Both the position numbers and the translations under genes were made by a program. Positions 1 through 11,720 of a stretch of DNA of 64,000 bases are shown here, piece by piece (positions within the stretch are counted from its first letter, which is position 1; every line of letters begins with the position of its first letter). Below the pieces are notes generated by a model that worked only from the letters and a program-made list of their open reading frames with translations, had not been told where the DNA came from and did not search any database. This DNA is from Sminthopsis crassicaudata (Eukaryota): positions 27,466,001-27,530,000 of the forward strand of contig NC_133622.1 of assembly GCF_048593235.1 (NCBI RefSeq). Direction: 5' to 3'.

Positions 1-944
1 GCAGAAATTAGGTTGAAACTAATAGCTTACACCATTTATCACACTATAATTAAGTGGATTTGTGACTTGAATATTAAAGATCAAGTCATGAAAAAAATTA
101 GAAGAGGAAACTATATGCCTTTATTCTCTATGTACAATGTGTGGTAGGTGAAAAATGAAATGACTGAGGAAAACTAAGGTCTGCTGTTTTGAGCATATCA
201 GTTTATTAAGCAATGCACGCCAATTGCCACCCAAAAGCAGGAATAGACCTCAGTTTAATTCACTATTTGCCTATTTCATTCTTTTAATATTTTTTCTCAG
301 TATATTTCTAAAACTATATTAGTTTCACATTACAGAATTACAATTTTATGCACTAAAAAGAGTTTATTAAGTCCAAATAGCTAAAAGGAAACAATTCCAA
401 ATTAAATAATCTGATTTCAAATTGTAAAAAAAAAAAAGGTGAGGGAATTTTCAAGTTGAGAGAGGAAGAAAGAACATGTACAATTTTCTGAGTTAGAAAA
501 GGGGAACCTACTACCCAATTATCTATAAGCAATCAAAGGAACATGGGGAAAAATAACTGATGGATCAGTTTATAAGGCCAGTTTTCAGATAAGATATAGA
601 TTACTTGAGATATATCATTGGGAGAAAACTCTGCATTAATCTGACTAGTTTTCTGGTCAGCACAACCTACATCTTTAATTAAGTGTCTCTAAGGAATAAG
701 GAAAGGTGATCCAGTTTTCTATCTATATGGAGCTAGATTCAAACAATGCAATAAGGTTTTCTTGCAATTCCCCAAATTCAATTAAGCCATCTCACAAGAC
801 AGAATTTGGACTAGACCCATAATTGAATAGAAAAGGAACTGATATAGCTCCAGAACTGCATTATAAGATAAAGTCAGTTTGGTTCCCTCAGATCCTCCAA
901 TTAACCATTTGGTGTTCCAATCACGTGATTATTGATAGATTTGA

Positions 945-2200
945 TTTCTTTTTCTGAAAACTGCCTTATGATATCCTTTGACCAATTTATCAATTGAGCA
1001 ATGAGTAGTCTTTTTATAAATTTGACTCAGTAATATTTTTATTATCTTGTTTTTTCCCTTCAAACTTATTTTAAATAAGAGATGACTATCTCAGAGGGGC
1101 TGAGAAGAGGAATATGATAAAAAATAAGTGATTTAGAAATAAAAATGTCACAATTAAAAAAATAAATCATAACACCTCTAAAATCTTATCTTGCCTCAAT
1201 CAAATTGGAAATGATGAAAAAAAGTTGAAATAATGGAGGATTTGTAAAAAGACAGGCACACTAAGTCACTGTTGATGAAGCAATAAATTAGTCCAACCCA
1301 TTATGGAAATTTCTTTGAAATTATGCTAACGTGAATACAATATATATAACCTTTGATCTAGTGAGCCCAATTCTAGGCTTTTACTTCAAGGAGATCAAAG
1401 ACATAAAGATCTCACATCTCCCTAAATATTCATAGCAGAATTTTTTATCATAACAGAAAACTAGAAATAAAGTTGATGTCCAGTAATTGGGGAATGATTC
1501 AATAAATTCTGTTATGTGACTACAATGTAACAGGAAATGACAAATGTAAAGAATGTAAAGATTCATTGGAAGATTTATGAATTGATGTAGAGTGAAAGAT
1601 GGAAAACCATAAAAATAATATACACTATGATGACAATGATACAAATGGATTAAAAAAAGAAATAAAATTGGATGATGTATAATCATAATCATCAAACTTG
1701 GTCACAAAGAATAGGTGGGAAAATGTACTTTGCTTCTTTCTTTGCAGAACTGTAATATTATGAGTGTGAAAGACTGAAAATAATACTAGATTTGGTTGAT
1801 ATGTTAGAATTTTTTCAACCTGCTTTTTTCCCCTTTCTTTTTTATTCTTATTTGCAAGGAATGGCTCTCTGAAGATAGGAGGAGATATATTTGGAAAAGA
1901 AGGCAATATATAGGTAATAAATATTAACTAATGCTGAAGAGAAATGGATGTGATATAAAACTCAAAAAATATCAGTAAAAAACAAGTATTTAAAATGCAT
2001 CATTCATTGATAGATTTGTACTTTCAAAGCGGATGTTTATCAACACAAATGAATGAATGGTTTTCTAACTATGAAAATTCCAGACACTGCAGCAGGCAGG
2101 AATGTAATGTTGGACAGAAGAGAACACTAATTTCACTAAATGATGTCACTAGTACAGATAGCATAATGGCAAAGCTTATAAATAGTTCCTGTTAATGCCC
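945..2200. mobile_element. Cluster of old, decayed L1 fragments: a short minus-strand piece at ~945-1030 and plus-strand ORF2 C-terminal/3' UTR pieces at ~1185-1730 and ~1860-2200
   Basis: Marsupial L1 motifs such as gaaaactgcc..atatcctttgacca.tttatcaattg and acctttgatctagtg..cccaattctagg; heavily diverged. Confidence 0.6.
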
Positions 2201-2593
2201 CTAGAAGGATTGGAAGACTAGCAATCTACCAAGAAGTAAAAAGATCCAGTAGAGGATATAGCACAACTGGAGATTTCAGAGCACTTGCTGACAATTTTCA
2301 GCGTCAAAAGCATTGGTTTGGCTAGCCAGCACCACTCTTGCTCTAGACTAGAAACAAGCTTTATAAGATCAGAGGGCTGCATGACCTTCAATAGTTTGTT
2401 GCTGGAGCTTGTTTTCCTTCTAAGTATGGAAATAAAAGTGTGCCAATCTAGCCAAGTCTCTCTTACCCAGATCTACCAGCCCCACTCCATGTGCCCATGG
2501 CAAGTATTTGTGAATTATCACAATTATCACAAATCAAAATTGTCAAGGCTTATTAGGAGACAAGGCTAGATGAATAAAAGGGAGGTGGTTAAC

Positions 2594-3173
2594 TGTAAAC
2601 TGAGTTCTAACTAAAGAGGGGAAATAATGTACAGCCAGGAACTTGGAACTGCCACATTTTTGACTCAGTATAACCCCTTTTTCACTTGAGAGAGCTTTGG
2701 AACTTCACCTCATTGGTCTTATTCCCCCCTCCTTAGACTTTGGATTGGCATTGGGATCTTAATCCATATCTTGGTGTTTCTGTTTAGTATTTAGGGTCCC
2801 CAACTAACCCTTCTAGTAGTTTGGGCTGGGAGGAACCTCAGAGGTATTCCTTTGAGTTTAGTTCTAAATTTATTAATGGAAAACAGAAGAAACTATGCTT
2901 GGAAAGATGAGTAACTTGTCCATAGCTACTGAGGTAGTGTCCAACACTGGATGTAGAGAGGGACATTCAGCACGCTCTCTAAGGCAGGACAGGGGTCTCT
3001 TTCCCTTTTAAGAACAAAGATACCTCCCTCCATTAAGCACTGTCCCTAGGATTTCTGCTTTGTTGGAACTTTCCCCGAGTAATGCAAGTCAAAGATCAGT
3101 CTTAGGAGTTGGGTAACCTTAAAATATCCACTTTAGTTAAGAGATGCTCAAACTCTGTCATGTCCCAACGACA
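2594..3173 (-). mobile_element. Possible solo LTR (~580 bp)
   Basis: TG...CA termini, GC-richer than flanks, minus-strand AATAAA at 2869-2874. Flanking 5-mers ttaac/ttagt match only 3/5, so a TSD is not established. Confidence 0.35.
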
Positions 3174-3306
3174 TTAGTATATTTGGTAGAAGAGATTGAG
3201 ATTTAACATGAGTCTATTTTTCATTTCACACAGACCTATTATCTACATCACTGACAAGTGAAAAGCTCTAGCATATGACTCATTTATTTCTGAAAACATT
3301 TCTTCA

Positions 3307-3395
3307 TCATACACAGATGGTGTTTGTGGAGTCTATTAAAGGCGGTGACCTATTGAGGGAACAGACATCCACAGTGTCATCAATGGCTATCTCAC
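3307..3395 (-). other. Candidate terminal exon (xEIAIDDTVDVCSLNRSPPLIDSTNTICV*), product not recognised
   Basis: Acceptor ttttctagctttcccccacag|G, 29 open codons, TGA at 3307-3309, minus-strand AATAAA at 3283-3288; no homologue recognised. Confidence 0.2.
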
Positions 3396-3904
3396 CTGTG
3401 GGGGAAAGCTAGAAAATGCTTATATTTATTTCTCAGAGAGGCAAAGCCAAATTAAAAGCCATTTACTGTCCTTTTCTCCATCCTGACATTTATTTCTTGT
3501 TCTTTCCTTGTACTATCTTTGTATAACTGTTGTCATAGTAACAAGTTATGTCTCTGCTTAGGAGAAATACAATTTGGGCAGTACTGTATTTCTGGTATCT
3601 TACCATTAGTGTGACAGTATCTCACATTCTTTTTATAAACCAAGAAAGATTAAGTATTGGTCCCTTCCCTGAGCTTCGAATACCTGAAATCAATTTCATC
3701 AGATAAGTTCATTTCATTTCTCTCTATCAAAGATCTCTAAGAATCTCATGTTTTCCATGCAAACTGCTAGGGAAATACCAGCTAAAGTTAGCATCTAATT
3801 TCCTAAAACCTAGAGATATTTAAATGTTAATCTACCATGAGCTAGAGCAGACACAATCATCATAAATATTTATATTTCTTAATCAGTAGTGGGGGTTTAG
3901 AGGT

Positions 3905-4158
3905 AGAATTATGTGGTGCTATAGTTCATAGAGTGCCTGCCTTGAATCAGGAAGATTCACTTTCTTGAGTTTAAATCTGGCTTCAGACAATGACTGATCG
4001 TGTAATCTTGGGAAGTCATCTAACCTAGTTTGCCTCAGTTTCTTCATCTGCAAAATGAACTAGAGAAGAAAATGACAAATCACTTCAATATCTTTGCCAA
4101 GAAAATTCAAAAGGTCCTGAAAAGTTTGACATGGGCAAACAACTAAACAATAACAAAA
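3905..4158 (+). mobile_element. MAR1-type CORE SINE
   Basis: tRNA-like head, CORE (gggaagtcatctaacc..gcctcagtttcttcatctgcaaaatg), MAR1-like tail (cacttcaatatctttgccaagaaaa...acaactaaacaataacaa). Confidence 0.8.
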
Positions 4159-4679
4159 GCAGCAAAATGGAGATTTATTTTGTTTTGTTTTTAAAAACAC
4201 GTGTCACTCTGTCCTTCAATGTACATGACAACAATACGATTCATTAGAGACATACAGGATACTTATTTATAAAGCGCAGTGCTACATGTTTGATAAAGAC
4301 AAGATGGAATAAGATAGGTCTCTTGTCCTCAAGAAGCTTATTATTGAGTAGTATTTGTTTGGGAAGTTTACCAAAGCACTTTACTTTTTGGGGCATAGAA
4401 TAATTATTTTTCAAATATTTTTACTATTGTCTCATAAAAATATGATCCTTTTACTGGATGAGTCCATCAGAAAGACCTAGGACTAGTGGATAAAAATGAT
4501 AGGGAAGATGAAATCAATGATTTACAGCTTCTTAACAATTCAAACTGTCCCCAAATGGACAGCCTCTGAGCCTGAAATGCAACAAAGCATAGATCACATT
4601 TTCTGCTGTTTGTGCTAAGTTTGGCCTAACAATTAATACCAAGAAAACAAGTTCTACAAAGCCATTACCACACCATCCA

Positions 4680-6005
4680 TCCATGGAACTCTCATTCATA
4701 ACAAATAGAATTTTTAAATGATATTTTATTTTTCTCCCATTACATAAAGAACAATTTTTTGACACTTGGATTTCTTTTAAGCTTTGAGTTCCAAACTCTG
4801 TCTATCTTTCCCTCCCTTGTTCATTTCTTAGATGGCAAGACAATCTGATATAATTTACCCATGTGCAATCATGTAAAACATTTTAACATTCATATTTTTA
4901 CATGAGAAAACTTAAAACAAGAAGGAGAAATAGTATGCTGTGATCTATATTCAGATTCCATCAGTTCTTTTTTCAGATAACATTTTCCATCATGTCTTTT
5001 GGAATTCTCTTGTTTCATTGTATTGCTGAGAAGAGTTAAGTTTATCATTGCTGATTATTCTATATGATGGCTGTTACTGTGTACAATGTTCTCCTGACTC
5101 TGCTCACTTCACTCAGCATCAGTTCCAGATGTTTCTGAAGTCATACACTTTATCCTTTCATATGGTACAATAGTATTTCATTATATTCAGACACTATAAT
5201 TTGGTTAGCCATTTCCCGATTGATGGGCATCCTTTTAACTTCCTATTGTTTGCTTCCACAAAAAGAGAGCCACTATAAATATTTGTGTACCTTTTTTATG
5301 ATCTCTTTGGGATACAGATACCTAGTAATGGTATTGCTGGATTAAAGAGGAGGCATAATATGGTTAGACATACTTCCAAATTGCTCTCCAGAATGTTGGG
5401 TCAATCCATGAATCCACCCACAGTGCATGAGTGTCCCAATTTAAAGACTTTGGGGAGGGGTAGGCAATTGGGTTTAAGTGACTTGTCCAGAGCCATACAG
5501 CTGTCTAAGGACAGATTTGGACTCCAATCATTCTGACTTCAGGACCAATGCTGTATCCACTGTACCACCCACCTGCTCCTATGGTTATTTATGACACCAT
5601 TTTGTATACTTAATTTGTTCCAATAATCTACCACTCTATTCCTTAGCCAGTTTTGATGATTACCACTTTTTAATATGTTTGATATCTGGTATGTCTAGGC
5701 CACCTTCCCAAATAATTTTTTTATTGATTCAATTGATATTTTAATCTTTTATTATTCTAGATGAATTTTCTTATTATTATTCTAGTTCTATAAAATGATT
5801 TTTGATTGTAATAACACTGAATCAGTAGATTAATTTATGTAGAATTGTCACTATTATATTGGCTGGCCTGGGACAATAATATTTTCACAATTGTTTATCT
5901 ATGACTTTATTTGTGCCAAACATTTTGTTATTCAGTCTTTGTGGGACAGGAAGATTCCCAAGTACCTTATATTGTCTAAAGTTATTTTAAATTGAATTTT
6001 GCTTT
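4680..6005 (-). mobile_element. L1 3' portion (ORF2 C-terminus plus 3' UTR), interrupted by a SINE at ~5450-5577
   Basis: Antisense L1 3' UTR motifs (tgctcacttcactcagcatcagttc, tgatgggcatcc, gggatacagatacctagtaatggtattgctgg). Confidence 0.8.
5450..5577 (-). mobile_element. WSINE1-like tRNA/CORE SINE nested in L1
   Basis: Reverse complement of SINE head and CORE: gtttaagtgacttgtccagag..cacagct...ctgacttcagg...tatccactgtaccacc. Confidence 0.75.
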
Positions 6006-6009
6006 CTAC

Positions 6010-6780
6010 TAAAATGGAGAAATCCTGAACATTATGATTAAGGATGCTGTGGATAAGTCCACTTACCTTGGCATTTTTCTTTCTAGGGATGTCCACATTG
6101 ATGATGAGGTTGATGTACAATTTCCAGAGCTAACTCAGTGTTTGGGAGGCTTTGGAGGAAAATGTGGGAGAGAAGAGGTATTAGACTGAAGGTCTCCAGA
6201 CCATTCAGCTGACTTTGTTGCTAACATGTATGGCAGGATTGCCATGCCATGGCAGGAAGCTAAATCGCTTCCATTTGAATCCTTTCATGAAGATTCTGAA
6301 GATCAGCTGGCAAGATAAAGTACAAGACACTGAGGTCCTTCCTCGAGCTGAATTGCCAAACATTCAAATACTGCAGTGAGTGCAATGCTGGTGGGATGGC
6401 CATATTGTGTTTGCGTAAAGGACTATTTTACAGAGATCACGTGGAGATCCAAAGAAACTAGACAAGGGCACGCTCAAAGTCTTTCTGAAGAACTGTGGAA
6501 TCGACACTGGCATAGGACTGCCCAGCATGATGTAACCCCATCAAAGCAGCTACTATGTACTCTCTGAGCAAAGCAGAGCTGCAAGAACTCAAAAAAAAAT
6601 GTGAGCGGTTTTGATTTAAAGACGTCTCCACTCTACATGTTCTTGTGGACTATGGATGCCCCACATGTAGCGGAGCCTTCCAAGTTAGTTTTGGTCTACT
6701 CAACCACAGTTAAATACATGGCACCTTGCCTCCATGATGTCATTTTGGTTCCCTTCAAGAACAAAGGATGATAATCAGCC
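6010..6780 (+). mobile_element. 5'-truncated marsupial RTE LINE (RTE-1-like), end of ORF plus 3' UTR
   Basis: Translates as DKSTYLGIFLSRDVHIDDEVD and LKISWQDKVQDTEVLPRAELP (RTE post-RT region); RTE 3' end gatgtcattttggttcccttcaagaacaaaggat. Confidence 0.85.
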
Positions 6781-8765
6781 AAACAAGTCTTGTTTTCTAG
6801 GAAACGTTGAAGAATAATCTAGATGTCTACTTTGGGGGTATTTTGTAGAAACAATTTCTGTGGCAGGAAGGGGGAAAGAAATAAGCATTTATAGTGCCTA
6901 CTGTGCTCGGTATTGTGCTGAGAAATTTTTACAAATAGTCATTTGATCTTCATGACAAGCCTTAGAGAGAGATGATGTAATTAGACTAATTAGCATTGTC
7001 TGACCTCCTCTTACCTCATTAGAATGCCTAATTGATGTCTCAGTGACTGAGTAGACTTGCTTGACTCATCCCATCATGGTTTAGAGCCGATGTTTTGAGG
7101 TGGATCTATGAAGTCTTCATCAAAGACTCTCCCTTTTCATCATTTTGATCATTTCATCATCCTTCTTAGAGCACAGACAGAAAAAATAATTAAAATCATA
7201 GAAAATACCTGATTGTTAATCCATTCCTTGATCATGAATCTAGATGACCTAGAGACCATTTAGTCTCCCTGAGGACCAGGAAACCCCAATGGCTTTCCTG
7301 AGGTCACAAGATACTAAGCATAGAGTTAGGTTTCTAGAGGAGACCACAAAATGCCTGTGCATGTCTTGGGGCAGAATGACAAAGGAATTATATGTTTTCA
7401 TCTATTCATCCCAGGGGGAATTCAGTATTCTAAAGAGAGAAGGGAGAGATGTGGGACAGTATTAGATTTTTAGAGAAAGATCATGGAATCCAATCTTCTA
7501 ATGAGGAAATAGGGAATTTCTGGTATTTCTTGGGGAGAAAATCATACCTATTACAATAGACTTTAGAAAATAGGTTGCCAATAAGCCTCAGTTTTTGGGA
7601 GCAAAAGGCCTAGACCCTGATTTCCGCTGTTGAAATGAATTAATTGAATACTGTAACAAGTTTTGGACACAGGTCAAAATTCATTTCCCTTCTAGAGAGA
7701 GAAACAAATCCCAAAAGACAGTTCCATAAGACTGGATGCTTGCATTGGTCTCTAGAGTAAAAAATGTGTGGTTCACTAGGATGTTAGGAGATCTACTTTC
7801 TAGCAGCCCAAAGTCATACCGCAATATTATGCATTTGAGAGTTTGTATTATGCCAAAGAAATTGGGAAATTTTATTAACTAATCTATGGGATATCATGAA
7901 TGTTTAGATGGTTTTCCCCCAATTTGTTTATAATAAAAATAAAGTCTGTTCAGTTACTCACATGCATTACCCACATGAACCTTGTGGGGTTCTATGCAAA
8001 TCTGAAAACTCTTTAAAAAAGAAAACCACTCAGACATGGGAAGACTGAAACAAAAGTTCTATTATTTAAACTAATTTTGACCTTTGGAAAAAGTAATTGT
8101 GGGTAAAGGCAATGTGAGCCAAAAGGAGATATGATTTTTGTGTGACTTCCCCATAATTGAACTTCTACTAAGCAGAGAATATGGAGAGCTTGTAAGATTG
8201 AACTCACATTGCCACATGTATTCAGTGCTCTTACTAATTACTATTAAATATCAATGGTGGGTTACTTAGTTTTTTTTTAATGAAAAAAGTCTTCATTAAG
8301 CTTAATAGGAACCAATTTTGCAACCTTCATATGTGCTTATTTATACATATACATTTATATGTGTAAACATACATTCACATGGAATATAATGATATTTCTC
8401 ATATGGCTAAGAATATATATGTATATATGTATGTATGTATGTATATACACATATTTATACTTAGTTTCTATTAAGATCTTGTAGAATTTTTTGGTTTGTA
8501 GATGCAAATGAATATGTTATTACATAAATAGTACGAATTCTATTTTTGCAGGCAAGTTAGCTTTTTTTAAATTTCTTTTTAATAGATGTGCTTAATGGAG
8601 GTAAACACTCCTAAAGAAAGCATGAGAGAGATATTGAAAGTTGAGTGTGAATAGCAGTATAAATGAATTTCTAATTGCATAACACTTCCCAGGTCCCTGA
8701 AGTAAGTACTATCTTTGCATTATATGTTAATTTTAAAGTCAGTTCATGTCAAAGTACATGATAAA

Positions 8766-10317
8766 AAAACAAAAATGGTAGGGACTTAACAGAAGTAGAA
8801 GAAATTAAGAAGAGGTAGAAAGAATACATAACGGAAAGATTTTAAAATCACCAATAATCAAGATAGTATGGTTGCTGATCTGGAGCCAGACATTTGTACA
8901 ATGAAATCCAGTGGGCCTTAGGAAGTATTGCTAACAATAAGGCTAGGGAAGTTAAAAGAATACCCGCTGAATGCTGAAAAGGTGATGTTAAAGTGATGAA
9001 CTCAATATGCCAGCAAATTTGAAAAACTCCTCAGTGGTCACTGGATTAGAGAAGATCAATTTGCAGCTCAAACCTAAAGACAAAGGTTATGGTTATTTTG
9101 GCAGTGCCAAAGAATGTAAAAATTACTAAACAATTCCCTTCTTTTCATACACCAACAAGGTTATGTTTAAGATTCTGTAAGCTAAGCTTCAGCAATAAAT
9201 AAACTGAAAATTACAAGATTTTTAAAAAAAGCAGAGGAACTAAAGACTAAATTGCCAACATTTGCTGGATTATAGAGAAGGTAAGGAAATGACATAAAAA
9301 AGATACTTCTGCTTCATTGACTATACTAAATATTAGTGTGCATAACAATAAAAATATGGCAAATACTCAAAGATATGGGAATATTGGATCATCTTATTTA
9401 TTTCCCGACAAATGTATGTAGGCTAAGAAGCATTCATTTAAAATCAGAAAAATAGCTTGACAAAGCTATAAATTATCACCTTATTTATTTAATTTAGATG
9501 CAGAATGCATTTGAAATGCCAGGATGGATGAATCAGAAGCTGGAATGAAAGCTGCCTGAGAAATATCAACAATCTCAGATATACAGACAATACAACTCTG
9601 ATGACAGAAAGTGAAAAGGAATGAAGATGCTTCTTGATAACACAGAAAAAAGGAGAGTGTAAAAGCTGGCTTGAAGCTTAACATAAAATAAAGCTAAAAT
9701 CATGACAACTGGCACAATTACTTCGTGTCAAATAGAAATAGAAGCAGTGTTATATTTTATATTTGTGGGATCAAAAATCACTGCAGATGGTGACTGCAGC
9801 AATGGAATTAAAAGATACTTGTTGCTTGGAAGAAAAGTTATGGTAAATCTCAATAGTAAACTAAAAAGCAGAAATATCTTGCAAAAAAGGTCCACTTAGT
9901 CAAAGTTGTTTTTTCCCCAACAGTAAGTGAAAATTGGATTATAAAGAAAGCTAAGAAGTAGAATTGATAGTCTTCAATTGTAGTGGTAGAGAAGACTTTT
10001 GAAAGTACCTTGAACAAAAAGGAAATCAAGCAGTTAATAGTTAAAAGATTTTTCAAACAATTCATTGAAAAGTCAAATAGTAAAGCTGAAATTAAAATAA
10101 TTTGGCCACATAATGAGAAGACATAACTCACTGGAAAAGACCCTGATGTAAAAAAAAATGAAGGCAAAAAAAAGGAAGGGGGATAGCAGAGGATGAAACA
10201 GAGAAATCAGGAAATGATCATGAACTTGGACAAACTTCAGGAGATAGGATATGAGGTCCTAGAGTTCTATAACCCAATCATGAAGAGCCAGATGTCATTG
10301 ATTATCAACAGCAACAT
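8766..10317 (+). mobile_element. Decayed BovB-clade RTE LINE (RT domain to 3' end)
   Basis: Colinear with the BovB consensus: gacttaacagaagtagaagaaattaagaagagg, ctggagccagacat, aatatgccagcaaattt, cagaggaactaaagactaaattgccaacat, NINNLRYTDNTTLMTESE (degenerate YADD), atcactgcagatggtgactgcagc, ctcactggaaaagaccctgatg. Confidence 0.9.
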
Positions 10318-11284
10318 CTAAATCTCACAAGTGGAATTTTTCATCTCCTACATTCTTACTTTTTTGAGATTCCTGTCTAGAAAAAATTACTTATACAGAG
10401 CATGTTTCCAAGGAAAGGCAATAATAATAGGATTTTTTTCTGAAGAATAATAATCAAAACTTGCTTGAATATTAATCCCCTTGTTTTTCTGAAAGGGGAA
10501 GAACATGCTGATTAATGTCTCTCTGAATGTTCAAGTATAAGACTGCTGCTTCAGTACAACTGAAAAAGTGTGTGATTTCATCAGTTTGGGAATCCCTTAA
10601 GACAGATTACAACCCCTCTGAGCCTTTTTGAGCTGCTATTGAGGAAGATGGGAGGAAGAGGAATTGTTACCTGGTAACTTCTGGAGTCTCTCTGAAATTA
10701 GCTAATACACAATTTGTTCCTAGGATCATCCTTAAAGTCCTTTGAGCTTGGTAACAGAACTAGGACTTTCAACTTTGCTAGTATATTGATGCCAAAATGA
10801 GCCACTGAAATAAATAGCCCTTTTGTGGAGGTTAAATTAATGATGACCCAAAGATATCATGAAAGGACATCTAGTTCTTTCATGTTTTTCCAGATCACAA
10901 AGCATATCAGCCATCCTAGACATGTAACTAACTACTCAACTTAAAAATCTCTCATTAGGAAAAGGTATTCCCAAATGTTGCTCAGCTTTCTAACATCTCC
11001 TACCATATCCATTGTGAAGTTTGTGTTCTTATGTGATTTGAGGGTGGGTACATATGATATTCCATAATTAGAGTTGGAATTCTGAAAGTATAGGGTCAGT
11101 ATGTAGGTTCTTCACTACAAAATTCTCTAAATTTCCTAGAATTTGGATTAGCTAAACTAAAGCTAGTATTTTAATAATAGTAATATTATAATCATAATTA
11201 ATATATAATTATATACATAATATGTATAATTAATTATAATATATGTATATAATAATATTAATAGTAACAACATATGTGTAGTCA

Positions 11285-11465
11285 TAGGACTGTGAATTTA
11301 GAGTGGGATGGGAAGTCACAGGTTACCTGAGCCATCCCCTTGTTTTAGATATTAAAAAAAGTAAAACTGGAGAGTCCTATCAGGTGTCTTTGCCCAGGGT
11401 GCAGCCAGGAATTAAATATCAGTCTTTTGATTCCAAACTCGCAATCTTTCTACATCTGGTTGCTT
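11285..11465 (-). mobile_element. MIR-type SINE fragment
   Basis: Antisense MIR motifs (ttttagat..aaaactggagag..gtctttgcccagggtgcagcc..cttttgattccaaa). Confidence 0.6.
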
Positions 11466-11534
11466 GGTTGATAACCTTCCTTCTCAAAGAGAGCAAAATG
11501 ACCACATCAGAATTGAGTTACAGTGTGTACGATG

Positions 11535-11700
11535 GTGGCTGATCAGACCAACGTGAGCTTGGAATGTACTGCTACAGGTCAGACACAAATAGTCCCTAAG
11601 AACATTTGGGACTGTGCAGCTCACATTTCTTCTGAGCTAATTCAATTCTCTTTTTCTCATGGAGCCCAACACTTTTTCTAATGAGGGCACTCTACTATTA
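11535..11700 (-). mobile_element. RTE (RTE-1/RTE-SINE family) fragment
   Basis: gctgatcagaccaa..gagcttggaatg..ttctgagctaattcaattct..ctaatgagggcac is the reverse complement of the region also seen at ~6500-6700. Confidence 0.65.
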
Positions 11701-11720
11701 TTCTTATAAGTCATGCCAGA

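Noticed and set aside
11170-11275. Extremely AT-rich quasi-repetitive tract
   Set aside because: Low-complexity decayed (TA/TAA)n with no structure beyond composition
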